This document shows positions 37,249 to 48,588 of a DNA stretch of 64,000 nucleotides, one piece after another. This DNA comes from an uncultured Gammaproteobacteria bacterium (GTDB lineage Bacteria; Patescibacteriota; Patescibacteriia; UBA11705; DATKZF01). The stretch lies in contig CAYPKD010000006.1 in NCBI GenBank assembly GCA_964411255.1, forward strand, positions 67,097 to 131,096, given 5' to 3'. The position numbers and the translations under genes were made by a program. Position 1 is the stretch's first letter. Every line of letters begins with the position of its first letter. The notes under the pieces are model-generated. The model was given only the letters and a program-made list of their open reading frames with translations, ran no database searches and was not told where the DNA came from.

Positions 37249-40200
37249 TTACTGATATTTATTCAATGCTTCTCTGGTGCCAGGCCCAACAAATCCTGCC
37301 ATATCGATTCCATGAGCTGCCTGAAATTCTTTTACAGCCTGCTCTGTTGTAGAGCCAAATTGCCCTGAAGCGATTACGTCTTCAGGAAAATACCCTAGAC
37401 ATTGAAGTAATATTTGCAATTCTTTTATTTCACTGCTATTCATTCCAATACTTAAAAATGATTTGAATTCTATATTTGATGCGCAACTCTGATCCTTTGG
37501 AACTGAAGCTGATTCGTTACTATCAAGTATAGGATTTTGAACAATTAAATTAACCCCCACTCTGGCTTCAGTCCCTGTAAAAGCCAAACCCTTATCAATA
37601 TCTATTGTTTCCGCAGCTAATATTTCTTCATTTACAATATAATCTAAAGAGGATTCAATATCCTTGCCTATTTTGTAATTTATAAAAAATGCATCAGGCA
37701 CATCATCAACATAAGACGCCCAATTTTCTCCATACAAAGCCACTGCTATTTCTTCAGTTGACAACCATCTCAAAGTGCCATTTGCGCTTACAGCATACAC
37801 TTTTGGAATTGAAATAATTTTTACTAATCTAATTCCGGGACGATACGTTACATTATCACTTATTGGAATGGATGCAAGATTGTTTGAGCTAATAATCTGA
37901 ATATTATCAAAATTTTCATACCATGTTTCATATACCAACGAATTTGGAAAAACATGTCTTTTGCAATCCTTGCCATAATAATACACAGCCGAATTATTTG
38001 GAGATTTTATTAAACTATTTGGATTAAGCCCATCTATTTTATATCCAATAACTTTTTTAATTGTCATATCGGCAATACCGCCGCCAATCCGATTTAAATA
38101 CAATTCAAAATCATTACAAATATTATTGTCTAAATCAACTTGTATGCGATCTGATACTTTGAGTATATAATCCTGCCCATTTGGCAAAGTGACTTTTATT
38201 GAATCATCATTTATCATTTTTATATTAATTTTTTGTGTTCCAAATATATCAAAAAGAGCTGTACTGCCTGTATCCGCAAGTATATTTACTCCCAGCATGC
38301 CGATGTCACCAATATTTATGCCAGAAAAATCAACGATGGAAAAAGTATCAATACCACTTCCAATACTTGATGTTAATGATGATGATGGAGCAGATGAACC
38401 TCCTCCACCGCCGCCGCCACCACCACCGCCGCCAGCGTCAGTGGTATAAGATATTATATTTGCGTCTTCCTCATTGCCCCAGTCATCAACAGCCCATATT
38501 TTTGCATAATACTGAGTGCCTGCAGCCAAATTTGTTATAACCGTAGAAAATGCACTCATATTTTGCAGATTTGCATCATTGTCATTATCCCATTCAAATG
38601 CGCCTGCTGATCTGTTTTGTACAGCAGCTTGCGCTGTCCCATACCAAAGTTCATAATGATTAAAATTTGTTTCTGTAGTTGTGGCTATCCAATTATAATT
38701 AATGCTATTTGAAGTAGATGATACGGCAAATAAAGAAGCTAAACCACTTGGAACTACATTATCTATTGAGAATGAAGAAGAATCAGTGTATGAACCTGCG
38801 CTAATTCCATCATATGCTCTCACCCGCACCTGAATAGTTGAAGATTCTATCCCGTCTAAACTGCCATTTTCATTTAAAGCTGATTTTGTGTCCCATACAA
38901 CTGTAACTGTTATTGGCCCAGTATCAGTGTCTATTGGATCGCCTGTTCCGATTTGATATGTATTTCCATTGATTAAATCAACCGTTCCAGAATCGACTAA
39001 TGCACTATCTAAACATGGATCATACCAATTTGCGCCATTATCGTCAGAATATTCCACCATTAGTCTGGTTGGTTCATTGTCAGCATCAGAAACATCTGTT
39101 TCAAAAGAAACAAAACCACTGCCATCAGTTGCTTGCATGATTGATGCAGGAGTAGTGGTTACTGGTGAATTATTGTTTGCATATTTATATTTAACACGAA
39201 TATTATCTAAATTTGGCGTAACTGATCCATCACTTCCTAAAAATGACCTAAATAATAACTGACTGTTCGTTGTTGGGAAATCTAAAATACTATTATTTAT
39301 TTCAATTGCAGAATTATATAAATTCATAGCTAAAATAATATCATCGGCTGTTCTTATGGAATTACTTATACGCAATTCATCTATTGTCCCCTCAAAAAAT
39401 CCATCATCCACTTCTTTTCCTATATATAACGGGTATAAATTCCCTAAAATATCATTAAAACTATCTGTTGTTATCAACTCACCGTCAATGAAAAAAGACA
39501 GTGAATCTGCTGAATCATCTGCAACAATGGCAATATATTTCCATTGTCCATCAGCAACATTAATACCGCTGTTTATCCAAGATGTGCCATCATAAAATCG
39601 TAAATTATTTGAGGCAATATCAACTGCCCAAGCGTCACCGCCTAATTCACCCGAATATTTTTTTAAAATAAAACCATCAGAATCTAATGTTTTTAACCAA
39701 AATTCAATTGAAAAATCAGTTGATTCTAAATTTAATTCTGCTAAGTATGGTGCTTCTAAATAATCATCTATCCCATCAAGATATATAGCATTACCAAATA
39801 CACCAATTACATCCTGAGATGCTCCATAATTCGTAGCATCATTGTTATAAGAAGAATTATCAATGATATCTCCAGAATCATTTGAAAAATGATATGAAAG
39901 AATTGTATCAGCACTACTGGTTTGGCCGTTATTGATGTCCATCCAGCTGCTGCCATCATTCCAATACCAGGTTGTACCATTATCAAATGAAAGTTGATAA
40001 TATAATTCTGATCCAGCAGGTTTTATTGCTGTTTCCTCAAAAGTCTGCCATTCGATAACACCAGGCACCTGCAATGAATTACTCGGATAAATAAATGGTT
40101 TAATCTCAGAATATGTGCCAAATGCGCTTACTGATAAATCTGAAAATTGCGGTGAAGTGCTTAAATTATTTTTATCTAAATAAATTTTATATTGAAAGTA

Positions 40201-43200
40201 TTGATTATTAGATACATTTGTTAAATTTAATGAGGGAGAAGAAGGTCCGATCACTAAATCATTATAATATGTGCTGGCAGTACCATCTGGTCCAATAAAA
40301 ATTTCTGTATCACAAGAGGCGTCATTACAAGACCTAACTTGCGCTTGAATAATAGTTGTATCCGCCACGTTTACAATAAATTCGCCTATCTGGCCAATAC
40401 GATTGCCTCCACCCACATTAGTATTATTGAAATGCAGTCTGGCTGAAACAATATTTGATTGAGTATCAAATGTATGAGTTACCAAAGTGTCATAGTCAGA
40501 TAATGCAAATCCTGTCACAATTGAATCTCCAGAAACCGAACCCTGATCAGTTGTCAAATTATCAAGACTTGATAAAGTTAACCATTTTGAATCATTTACT
40601 GAATCGGTTACAACTGCGCTGTCATTTGTTGAGACTTGAATCCTATAGCTTTTTGGCAAATATTGCGCACCCCAGCCACCCTGAGTTGAATCACCGCCAA
40701 AGTATATTTTTATTTCACCAATATCCTTTGCAGAGGCTAAATCAACCATTAAACGAGAATCAGTAACATTATCATTTCCCCAACCGTTCTGTGTGGCATC
40801 ATAAAGGCCATCATTGACCAATGTGGCAGCATTTCCAGCATTTGAATCGGACGCGGTGGCAACCCCTCCTGCAGACTGAAGAGCTTCGTTTAATGTCTGG
40901 CCTGTTAAAATCTGATCCCACGAAATTGAATCCCATGCTACTTGCGATCCGGCATCTTTTATCTCAGAAGTGTAATTACCACTTGTAATTGAAGAGTAAT
41001 CAGCTTGAACATCTGAACTGGCTAAAGCAACATTATAAATTTTTAATTCTTCAATTATTCCATCCATCGTGATATTTGTACTGCCGTCAATTATGTCCAC
41101 TTCAGTAGTTGTTCCGCCGATTCTCCATCCATTCCCAGGATTTGGAATACTGGCAATTGCTGTTATCTTTGTCGCTACCTGATTGCCATTAACATACAAA
41201 CTTAATTCACCGGTGCCACCGTCCCAAACTCCGGCCAGATGATACCATTCGTCAATATTTAAATTTGACACTGGGTATGTAATGACATCAGATGTACCGG
41301 CAGCGCTTCTAATTATGTGAGTAATATCGCCGGAATCGTCATTTAAATATAATCCATAACCATAAGTAGTTCCTCCTTCAATAAAAATAACTTGTCTATT
41401 ATTATTATTGTTTCTTTTTACCCACGCTTCAATAGTATGAGCAGTATGAGCATCAAGCATACCATCACCTTCACCTGTTGTTGCCAATACTATGCTATCA
41501 GAACCATTAAATTCCAATGCGGCTGTTCCAAATTGCCCAGATGTCCAAGTAGTATTTGACGCTATGCCATTATATAATGAAGTTTCTTCAGATATCGCAT
41601 CACCTGTAGCTTCATTAAAATGATACAATGCTTCGGTATTTGCATTTACAACCAATTCATTACCCACTGACAATTCAATATGATCTGTATTATAAGTTGT
41701 CTGAAGAAAAGTTCCTGTAAAGTCTACCTGATCTGAATCAGTAAATGACCCTCCCGATTGAAGAAGCCTTGCATTACTGACCGTTACCTCAATAAGACTT
41801 GTATCATATGTATATTCAGCAGGTGTTAAAAAGTGCCAATCTTTTACATCAACTTGCGTATTTAATTCTGAAACATAAGTGATCTTAACATTATCGAGCT
41901 TAACTTGACCTGAGCCATCGCTTACTAAAAATGCTTTAAATAATAATTGATTATTATCTGTTGGAAATGTATTTAAATTATTATTTATTTCTGTGGCCGT
42001 ATTATACGAAGAAATCGAAGTTCGTAATTCACTGACTGAACGAGATTTGTCTGAAATTTTCACTTCATCAATTTTTCCAGTAAACCTATCGCCAGCTCCA
42101 ATATTTTTTGCTCCCATTAACATTTGTACATCAGTAGCCTCAGTCACTGTTACCAGATTATATGAATCATCTCTGCCGACTTCGACACCATTACGATAGG
42201 CAACAATTGAATTACCATCTTTAACAATTGCCACATGCTGCCATGTGTTTAACTGAATAACCGCATTACTTAAATACTCACCTTGCGATGTCCAAAAACT
42301 AATTTGTCCTGTATTTTTTATCCCAAACCACCAATATGTATTAATTGAATTATTCCATTTTGTTGAAATGGCGCTATATGTACCAGCATAGCTTGTCGGG
42401 TATATCCAGGCTTCCCAGGTCGCATCTGCTTCACCATTTAAAATGGTATCTGTTCCAAAATTCACATAATCATCAATACCATCAAAACTATAAGCATTAT
42501 CATATTGCCCTGATACGCCGGTTGTAACTCCCTGATTTGTCCCATTATATCCATTTCCACTTGAGTCAATAACAGCGCCACTGGTTTCATCAAGATGCCA
42601 TAATGCCTTTGTATTACTGTCAGGTGTAGCTCCATGTGAAATACTGGTCCAATTTGATCCGTCATAATATTGCCAGGTTGCGCCATCATCATCAGATAAT
42701 TGGTAATAAATCTCAGCATTTCCAGTTTTTGTTGCTGTTTCAACAAAAGTATCCCAAGCATTTACTTCCGGAGCAGAAAAATTATTCATCGGCACTACTG
42801 TCGGGCTTTCGTCATTATAAATAGTTGAAGCAATATTTACAGAATTTATTTTTGGAGTTGAAAAATCAGGATCCATTGATGACAAGTATAATTTGTATTG
42901 AAAATATTGATCACTTGAAGCATTGATTGATTCACCGGAAGCAGTTGTATAATATGTTGATGACGAACCATCAGGTCCTATAAAAGTTTCAGTATCACAT
43001 AAAGCATCATTGCAAGAGCGAGTTTGGAATTGCGCATTTCCTATTGTTTGAGTTTGTTCAGAACCAAAAGCTGCAGTTGGTTCTGGATTCGTCCATTTGC
43101 GCACACGAGCATTATCAAATTCATGTGTACCGGAATAAAATGACCAAGACGGTTTCAAATCACTTTCTGTAGAATATGTGGAAGTATAATTTGTAGTCCA

Positions 43201-45279
43201 TGTATCCCCGCTATCAGTGCTTTGTTCATAATAGGCACCGCCACTGGCTCTCATTCTAACTCGTACATCATAATCAGTATTAACAGTCCATGAACCTGTA
43301 ACTCCAGGACGGCTGGTACCATCCTCATATACTGATGCATTAACAGTGGAAGCAGCGCCAGAACCTGGATTATAAAATGCATATACTTGATTAGGATAGC
43401 TTGAGCCTGTGCCGCTATCATGCCAGCCAACCATAATTGCGTCATAACTTGCATTATTCGCAGTCCATTCATAATCGTATTCAAATGAAATGTCGCTTCT
43501 TGAAAATGTTGCATTTGAAATAACACTTTTATTCCAAGATCCATTTGTTGTACGGATAAAATTTAATACTCCGCCTGCTTCAATAATTTCATTTTCCGGT
43601 ATATCCGTTTCAGTCCATTTTGCAATATCGATTACTCCGTCATTAAAATCATCAAATAATAAAAACGTATTATATCCATTAGAAGAAGATACTGCTGAAT
43701 CATTATCATAATACACATAAATAGTATGAAGAGAAGATGCAGAGATGGACGGAACTTCAACCCAAACCACAGCATTTGTTGATGCAGTAGATTCTTGAAT
43801 CCAATAGTCAAGTTCTGTCGTGCCATCAAAATCAGTAAACCTCAAATCACTAAAATCTGAATTCATATCTGCATCATATATTATTTCAATTCTTACTTGA
43901 TGATCAGATAATGAACTGCCATTTAATGTATTGTCAATTGTTATTGGTTTTCTTTTTTCCCATGAGTAGCTAAACCAGTTCGTTGATAACAAATCATCAG
44001 ACCACGAAATTTCATTCCAAGGAACTATTTGACCGGCATTAAATATATCAGAAGAATATTCTCCTGGTGACTTATAACCACCCTGAGCATGATCGCTGAT
44101 GGTTGTTTGATCTAAAACGGTATTCCAAATTGCTATTTCGTCCATATAGGCATCAAGGAATGTTACTCCAGTATATCTAGTACCGACCCTTACATTTGCA
44201 CCCAAATCAGGATTAAATCCTGAACCCGTATCAATTAAAGTTCCATCGAGGTATATTTTTGTCTCAGTAACGCTGGCAGTTAAAGCCACATGATACCAAG
44301 TATCATTAGACAATTGTGATGAGGGGATCTCTACCAATGAATTAAAACAAATATTTCCATTTGTGTCTGGACAATTAGCGCCTGAAGTATAATCCTGTAG
44401 AAACCACCAATTTCCGCCGCTTCTGCCATCCAATAAATATTCCGCTCCTCCATTTATATTTGATTTATTAAACCAAAATTCTAAAGTCATCTCGCTTGGA
44501 TTACCCAAATCATCTGTAATTTCCAAATAATCATCTATACCATCAAATTTTATGCCATTATTAAATTTTCCAATAACACCCTGGTCGGCGCCGTATCGAT
44601 CCGCATCATACCCATGCCCAGAATCATCAATTGCATCTCCGCTGGCTTCGTTTAGATGATATAAAACTAATGTGTCTGTAGTAGCTACAATTTCATTCGG
44701 GCCTAATTCCAGATGATCAGTGTTAAAAATAATATCTTCATAAGTGCCCAGATCAAATTCTCCCTGGGTATCATCATTGATATCGTTATTTATCGAAGTT
44801 AGCTGGGCTTTTCCAGAAACAAATTGAATTTTACCAGCGTCATATGAATATTCGGTGGCATCATTAAAATCCCAACTGGTTTGTTCAGTTGCGGCATTAC
44901 TAAAGAAGAATGGCACAGCAGATATTATTCCAGTCACCAATATAATAATTACAGCCAAACTAATTCCATGCAATCCGACCTTCCGTCTAATATGATAGTG
45001 TTTTTTCAATGCGCGAACTTTGTGATGTCGTCCGAGCCCAATATTTTTTGTAAACAAGTGAAGATTCTCCGGTTTATATAAAATATAAAATGGCAAAGAT
45101 AAAATTAATAGCTTCAATTCAAGTATTGCAATTATCCAAATGGAACTAAGACGATTAATAAATGATTGCTTATGTAATTGTTTTTGTTTTTTATGTATTA
45201 CATAAGCTAAATGAAGAATTGCATGTTTCCATTTTTTTAAAAATGCATTTGTTTTTCTTTTTTGTTTTCTTTCTGCCAT
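37249..45279 (-). CDS. Giant surface protein (2676 aa): LamG-like domains, DUF2341-like domain, FN3-like region, C-terminal peptidoglycan-binding domain
   Basis: Four LamG-like repeats (..FDGIDDY..W.HVA..DE..I), DFSDLRFTD..LDYW, poly-Gly linker, LQILLQCLGYF..GQFGSTTEQAVKEFQ..GFVGPGTREALN. Confidence 0.88.
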   Translation of the reverse strand: MAERKQKRKTNAFLKKWKHAILHLAYVIHKKQKQLHKQSFINRLSSIWIIAILELKLLILSLPFYILYKPENLHLFTKNIGLGRHHKVRALKKHYHIRRKVGLHGISLAVIIILVTGIISAVPFFFSNAATEQTSWDFNDATEYSYDAGKIQFVSGKAQLTSINNDINDDTQGEFDLGTYEDIIFNTDHLELGPNEIVATTDTLVLYHLNEASGDAIDDSGHGYDADRYGADQGVIGKFNNGIKFDGIDDYLEITDDLGNPSEMTLEFWFNKSNINGGAEYLLDGRSGGNWWFLQDYTSGANCPDTNGNICFNSLVEIPSSQLSNDTWYHVALTASVTETKIYLDGTLIDTGSGFNPDLGANVRVGTRYTGVTFLDAYMDEIAIWNTVLDQTTISDHAQGGYKSPGEYSSDIFNAGQIVPWNEISWSDDLLSTNWFSYSWEKRKPITIDNTLNGSSLSDHQVRIEIIYDADMNSDFSDLRFTDFDGTTELDYWIQESTASTNAVVWVEVPSISASSLHTIYVYYDNDSAVSSSNGYNTFLLFDDFNDGVIDIAKWTETDIPENEIIEAGGVLNFIRTTNGSWNKSVISNATFSRSDISFEYDYEWTANNASYDAIMVGWHDSGTGSSYPNQVYAFYNPGSGAASTVNASVYEDGTSRPGVTGSWTVNTDYDVRVRMRASGGAYYEQSTDSGDTWTTNYTSTYSTESDLKPSWSFYSGTHEFDNARVRKWTNPEPTAAFGSEQTQTIGNAQFQTRSCNDALCDTETFIGPDGSSSTYYTTASGESINASSDQYFQYKLYLSSMDPDFSTPKINSVNIASTIYNDESPTVVPMNNFSAPEVNAWDTFVETATKTGNAEIYYQLSDDDGATWQYYDGSNWTSISHGATPDSNTKALWHLDETSGAVIDSSGNGYNGTNQGVTTGVSGQYDNAYSFDGIDDYVNFGTDTILNGEADATWEAWIYPTSYAGTYSAISTKWNNSINTYWWFGIKNTGQISFWTSQGEYLSNAVIQLNTWQHVAIVKDGNSIVAYRNGVEVGRDDSYNLVTVTEATDVQMLMGAKNIGAGDRFTGKIDEVKISDKSRSVSELRTSISSYNTATEINNNLNTFPTDNNQLLFKAFLVSDGSGQVKLDNVKITYVSELNTQVDVKDWHFLTPAEYTYDTSLIEVTVSNARLLQSGGSFTDSDQVDFTGTFLQTTYNTDHIELSVGNELVVNANTEALYHFNEATGDAISEETSLYNGIASNTTWTSGQFGTAALEFNGSDSIVLATTGEGDGMLDAHTAHTIEAWVKRNNNNNRQVIFIEGGTTYGYGLYLNDDSGDITHIIRSAAGTSDVITYPVSNLNIDEWYHLAGVWDGGTGELSLYVNGNQVATKITAIASIPNPGNGWRIGGTTTEVDIIDGSTNITMDGIIEELKIYNVALASSDVQADYSSITSGNYTSEIKDAGSQVAWDSISWDQILTGQTLNEALQSAGGVATASDSNAGNAATLVNDGLYDATQNGWGNDNVTDSRLMVDLASAKDIGEIKIYFGGDSTQGGWGAQYLPKSYRIQVSTNDSAVVTDSVNDSKWLTLSSLDNLTTDQGSVSGDSIVTGFALSDYDTLVTHTFDTQSNIVSARLHFNNTNVGGGNRIGQIGEFIVNVADTTIIQAQVRSCNDASCDTEIFIGPDGTASTYYNDLVIGPSSPSLNLTNVSNNQYFQYKIYLDKNNLSTSPQFSDLSVSAFGTYSEIKPFIYPSNSLQVPGVIEWQTFEETAIKPAGSELYYQLSFDNGTTWYWNDGSSWMDINNGQTSSADTILSYHFSNDSGDIIDNSSYNNDATNYGASQDVIGVFGNAIYLDGIDDYLEAPYLAELNLESTDFSIEFWLKTLDSDGFILKKYSGELGGDAWAVDIASNNLRFYDGTSWINSGINVADGQWKYIAIVADDSADSLSFFIDGELITTDSFNDILGNLYPLYIGKEVDDGFFEGTIDELRISNSIRTADDIILAMNLYNSAIEINNSILDFPTTNSQLLFRSFLGSDGSVTPNLDNIRVKYKYANNNSPVTTTPASIMQATDGSGFVSFETDVSDADNEPTRLMVEYSDDNGANWYDPCLDSALVDSGTVDLINGNTYQIGTGDPIDTDTGPITVTVVWDTKSALNENGSLDGIESSTIQVRVRAYDGISAGSYTDSSSFSIDNVVPSGLASLFAVSSTSNSINYNWIATTTETNFNHYELWYGTAQAAVQNRSAGAFEWDNDNDANLQNMSAFSTVITNLAAGTQYYAKIWAVDDWGNEEDANIISYTTDAGGGGGGGGGGGGSSAPSSSLTSSIGSGIDTFSIVDFSGINIGDIGMLGVNILADTGSTALFDIFGTQKINIKMINDDSIKVTLPNGQDYILKVSDRIQVDLDNNICNDFELYLNRIGGGIADMTIKKVIGYKIDGLNPNSLIKSPNNSAVYYYGKDCKRHVFPNSLVYETWYENFDNIQIISSNNLASIPISDNVTYRPGIRLVKIISIPKVYAVSANGTLRWLSTEEIAVALYGENWASYVDDVPDAFFINYKIGKDIESSLDYIVNEEILAAETIDIDKGLAFTGTEARVGVNLIVQNPILDSNESASVPKDQSCASNIEFKSFLSIGMNSSEIKELQILLQCLGYFPEDVIASGQFGSTTEQAVKEFQAAHGIDMAGFVGPGTREALNKYQ

Positions 45280-45482
45280 TTTTTTTATTTAAAACCAAAA
45301 ACTATCACTCAATGATTGGTATTTTAAAAAAGTTTTCTTTTCACAAAACAATTATTATTGTCAATATAATTATACCATAAATTTTTATTTTTAAAAGAGT
45401 TATCCTCATTGTTTTTTTTAGAAGTTTCTTATAATAAAAAAACGCAGGACATAATAGCCTGCGCTTTTTTATTTATTTCAAT

Positions 45483-46685
45483 TTATTTTTTCTTTTTTGC
45501 CTCAGCCAATTCCTTTGCAATTAATACAAATGCTCCCACTGCAGTTAATGTGACAATAAACCAAATTAAACCGCCTAAAAATGGAATTAAACCAATTAAT
45601 GACAAAATGAAAAGTCCAACCAAAAATCCTAAATATTTATCAACTTTCTTTTGTCTAAATAATCCTTTTAAAATAAGATTACCGACCATCAAACTGGCAA
45701 AAACTTTACATATATAAAATAATAATATGTAGATTGTCATCGAAACCAATGCTAAAGGTATACCAATGATGGTTATCATCAATATAATAAAGGCCAAAGG
45801 AGTTAATATTAATACTAAAAATCCCACTCCAATACTGATACCAAACTTTGTCATACTTCTTTCAGCAACTTTTTCACTGAATTTTCCCCAAATCGCTATA
45901 ATAATCAAACCAATAAGCAAAAGCGCAGCAAAAGCAAATAATTTCATTCCCCAATAACCTTTACTTAATAATTTACCAGTATCTTTTTTTGACCAGGCTC
46001 CTTTTTTACCTGATTTGTAATCTTTTTTAACAACATCACCGCTAACTACAGCTCCTTCATCCATAATTACTTCTTTATCCCAGGTATAAGTGACATCGCC
46101 GCTTACTTCAGCATTTGACTGCATAATAAACCTTCCCTCTTTGTCAATATTGGCAACAATATTTTCAGCCACATATGAATTCAAGCGAAGCTCGCCTGCT
46201 GCCGCTTTCAAAGACCCGTAAATAGGGCCATTTATCTGTACCATTCCGCCGGCAACCATTAAATCCCAATAAACTTCAGAATTTGTTGAGACATTGACAA
46301 TTCCGCCAACCAATGAAGCGTTTTTTCCCACACTGGCATCCAAATCAACTGTGCTACCTGCAGCTCTGACATTACCTTTTACCTCACCAGAAATTCGAAC
46401 ATATGAACCTGCAGCGATAACATCTCCTTCAACAATTCCAGAAATATTAACTGTGCTACCAAAAGCATATACATCTTTCATGTAATGACCGGTTAAATTA
46501 ACACTCTCGTCAGCAACAAAATGATTTTCTAAAATTACTTCAATGCCTAATTCTGTTCCATCAATACAGTCCTCGCCTATGCATTCTGCCTCATCAATTG
46601 CTTCTGTTTGGGCATTTAAAGAAAAAGGCAGGACAAAAAGCATCATAAAAATGACACCTAAAAATAGAAATTTTGTTTTTGTCAT
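45483..46685 (-). CDS. Membrane protein with bactofilin-like (polymer-forming) beta-helix repeats
   Basis: Signal peptide, repeated GDV.AAG..V.I.G.V units, five C-terminal TM segments (ITIIGIPLAL). Confidence 0.8.
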   Translation of the reverse strand: MTKTKFLFLGVIFMMLFVLPFSLNAQTEAIDEAECIGEDCIDGTELGIEVILENHFVADESVNLTGHYMKDVYAFGSTVNISGIVEGDVIAAGSYVRISGEVKGNVRAAGSTVDLDASVGKNASLVGGIVNVSTNSEVYWDLMVAGGMVQINGPIYGSLKAAAGELRLNSYVAENIVANIDKEGRFIMQSNAEVSGDVTYTWDKEVIMDEGAVVSGDVVKKDYKSGKKGAWSKKDTGKLLSKGYWGMKLFAFAALLLIGLIIIAIWGKFSEKVAERSMTKFGISIGVGFLVLILTPLAFIILMITIIGIPLALVSMTIYILLFYICKVFASLMVGNLILKGLFRQKKVDKYLGFLVGLFILSLIGLIPFLGGLIWFIVTLTAVGAFVLIAKELAEAKKKK

Positions 46686-46824
46686 AATTTATTTTTATTA
46701 ATTTTAAATAATACAAATATTACATAATTTGTATGCTTGCAATTCTTTTGACTTTTTGATATTTTTATTATACAATAAATTAAACCATTAACCAATAAAT
46801 TATTAACAATTAAGTGAAAAATTT

Positions 46825-47451
46825 ATGTTAGCACTATGGATTATCTTAGGCGTTGTTGCTGTTATAGCCTTCTGGCTTATAGGAGTGTATAACGGTTTAA
46901 TTAAGTTAAAAAACAGAACGAAAGAAGCCTGGTCAGATATTGACGTTCAATTAAAAAGACGTTATGACTTAATCCCAAATTTGGTTGAAGCGGTCAAGGG
47001 TTATGCTTCTCATGAAAAAGAAACTTTTCTTAAAGTTACTGAAGCAAGAAACATGGCAATGAAAGCTGACACACCTGAAGAAAAGGCTAAGGCTGAAAAC
47101 ATGCTTACTTCAACCTTGAAAACATTATTTGCCGTTGCTGAAAATTATCCAGAATTAAAAGCAAATGAAAATTTCATGCAGCTTCAGGATGAATTATCAG
47201 ATACTGAAAATAAAATTTCATCTTCAAGAAGATTTTACAATGGCAATGTTCGTGACTTTAATACAAAAATTGAAGTATTTCCAAACAATATGATTGCTGG
47301 AATGCTTGGATTTAAAAAGTTCGAATACTTTGAGGTGGCTGATGAAGAAAGAAAAAATGTTAAAGTCAGTTTTAAAGATGAGCCAAAAGCTCCAGCTGCC
47401 CCAGCGCCTGCTCCAAAAGCAGAAGAATCAAAACCAGAAAAGCCAGAATAA
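46825..47451 (+). CDS. lemA: LemA family protein
   Basis: AWSDIDVQLKRRYDLIPNLV, AVAENYPELKANENF. Confidence 0.95.
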   Translation: MLALWIILGVVAVIAFWLIGVYNGLIKLKNRTKEAWSDIDVQLKRRYDLIPNLVEAVKGYASHEKETFLKVTEARNMAMKADTPEEKAKAENMLTSTLKTLFAVAENYPELKANENFMQLQDELSDTENKISSSRRFYNGNVRDFNTKIEVFPNNMIAGMLGFKKFEYFEVADEERKNVKVSFKDEPKAPAAPAPAPKAEESKPEKPE

Positions 47452-47576
47452 AAATAAATCAAATCTGACAATATTGCAGGCAAAAGTGTTTTCGCTTTTG
47501 CCTGTTTGATCTTAATCCTAAAACCAAAATCCTGAATCGATTGATACAGGTTTCAGGATTAAAAATCCAGGACTAT

Positions 47577-48476
47577 ATGTACAAACAAATTGATTCAAAT
47601 AAAAGACGAAGCACCCTATTAATTATCCTTTTTATTATAATTGTAATTGCCTTAGGCGTTGTTTTTGGTTACTTAACCGGATTTTTTTACGAATTAATCT
47701 TCTTTGCAGTAATCATTTCACTAATAATGACTTTAATCAGCTATTTCAAAGGTGATAAAATTGCGCTTAAATCAGCTGGTGCTAAAGGGCCAATAAAAAA
47801 AGAAGACAATCCTTATGTTTATCGAATGGTTGAAAATCTTTGCATAACCAGCGGCCAGCCAATACCAAAAATTTATATTATAAGCGATCCTGCACCAAAT
47901 GCCTTTGCCACAGGCAGAAAACCTGAATTAGCTTCAATTGCTTTAACAACCGGCATTATTGACATGCTTGAGAACGAAGAACTTGAAGGAGTCATCGCTC
48001 ATGAACTGTCACATATTAAAAATTATGATATTCGATTAATGATGATTGTGCTTGTTTTAGTCGGTACTGTTGCCCTAATGTCAAACTGGTTCCTGAGATT
48101 CTCATCCTTTGGCGGCAGAGGCCGCAGCAGAGGCGGGGGACAGGCAGGAGCAATTATTGCCATTGTCGGAATTGTTTTAGCTTTAATCTCTCCCCTGCTG
48201 GCTAAAATCATAAAACTTGCAGTTTCCAGAAAAAGAGAATTTTTAGCAGATGCTGACGGCGCTCTATTAACCCGTTACCCAGAAGGTTTGGCAAAAGCAT
48301 TGGAAAAAATTTCAAAATATGACAAGCCAATGATCAGGGCAAACAATGCTATGGCTCATTTATACATTGCCAGTCCCTTTTTCGGACAAAAAAAATTCAT
48401 GTCAAAACTATTTGCCACTCACCCGCCGATTACTGAAAGAATCTCAAAGCTTCGAGGCATGGAACGGAATTATTAA
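47577..48476 (+). CDS. htpX: Zinc metalloprotease HtpX (M48)
   Basis: PNAFATG, AHELSH, SRKREFLAD, FATHPP; start ATG 47577; lemA-htpX pair. Confidence 0.93.
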   Translation: MYKQIDSNKRRSTLLIILFIIIVIALGVVFGYLTGFFYELIFFAVIISLIMTLISYFKGDKIALKSAGAKGPIKKEDNPYVYRMVENLCITSGQPIPKIYIISDPAPNAFATGRKPELASIALTTGIIDMLENEELEGVIAHELSHIKNYDIRLMMIVLVLVGTVALMSNWFLRFSSFGGRGRSRGGGQAGAIIAIVGIVLALISPLLAKIIKLAVSRKREFLADADGALLTRYPEGLAKALEKISKYDKPMIRANNAMAHLYIASPFFGQKKFMSKLFATHPPITERISKLRGMERNY

Positions 48477-48588
48477 TAATACGAATGATACGAATTTCCT
48501 ATCCACATACCCCAAATGACCCGAATAGACACAACCTCAAAGCCAGATTCAGGGCATTCGGATACATTCGGGGATTCGGATTATATAT

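Noticed and set aside
38399-38435. Trinucleotide repeat as a phase-variation tract
   Set aside because: Mixed GGC/GGT/GGA codons encode an ordinary poly-Gly linker; length changes would stay in frame.
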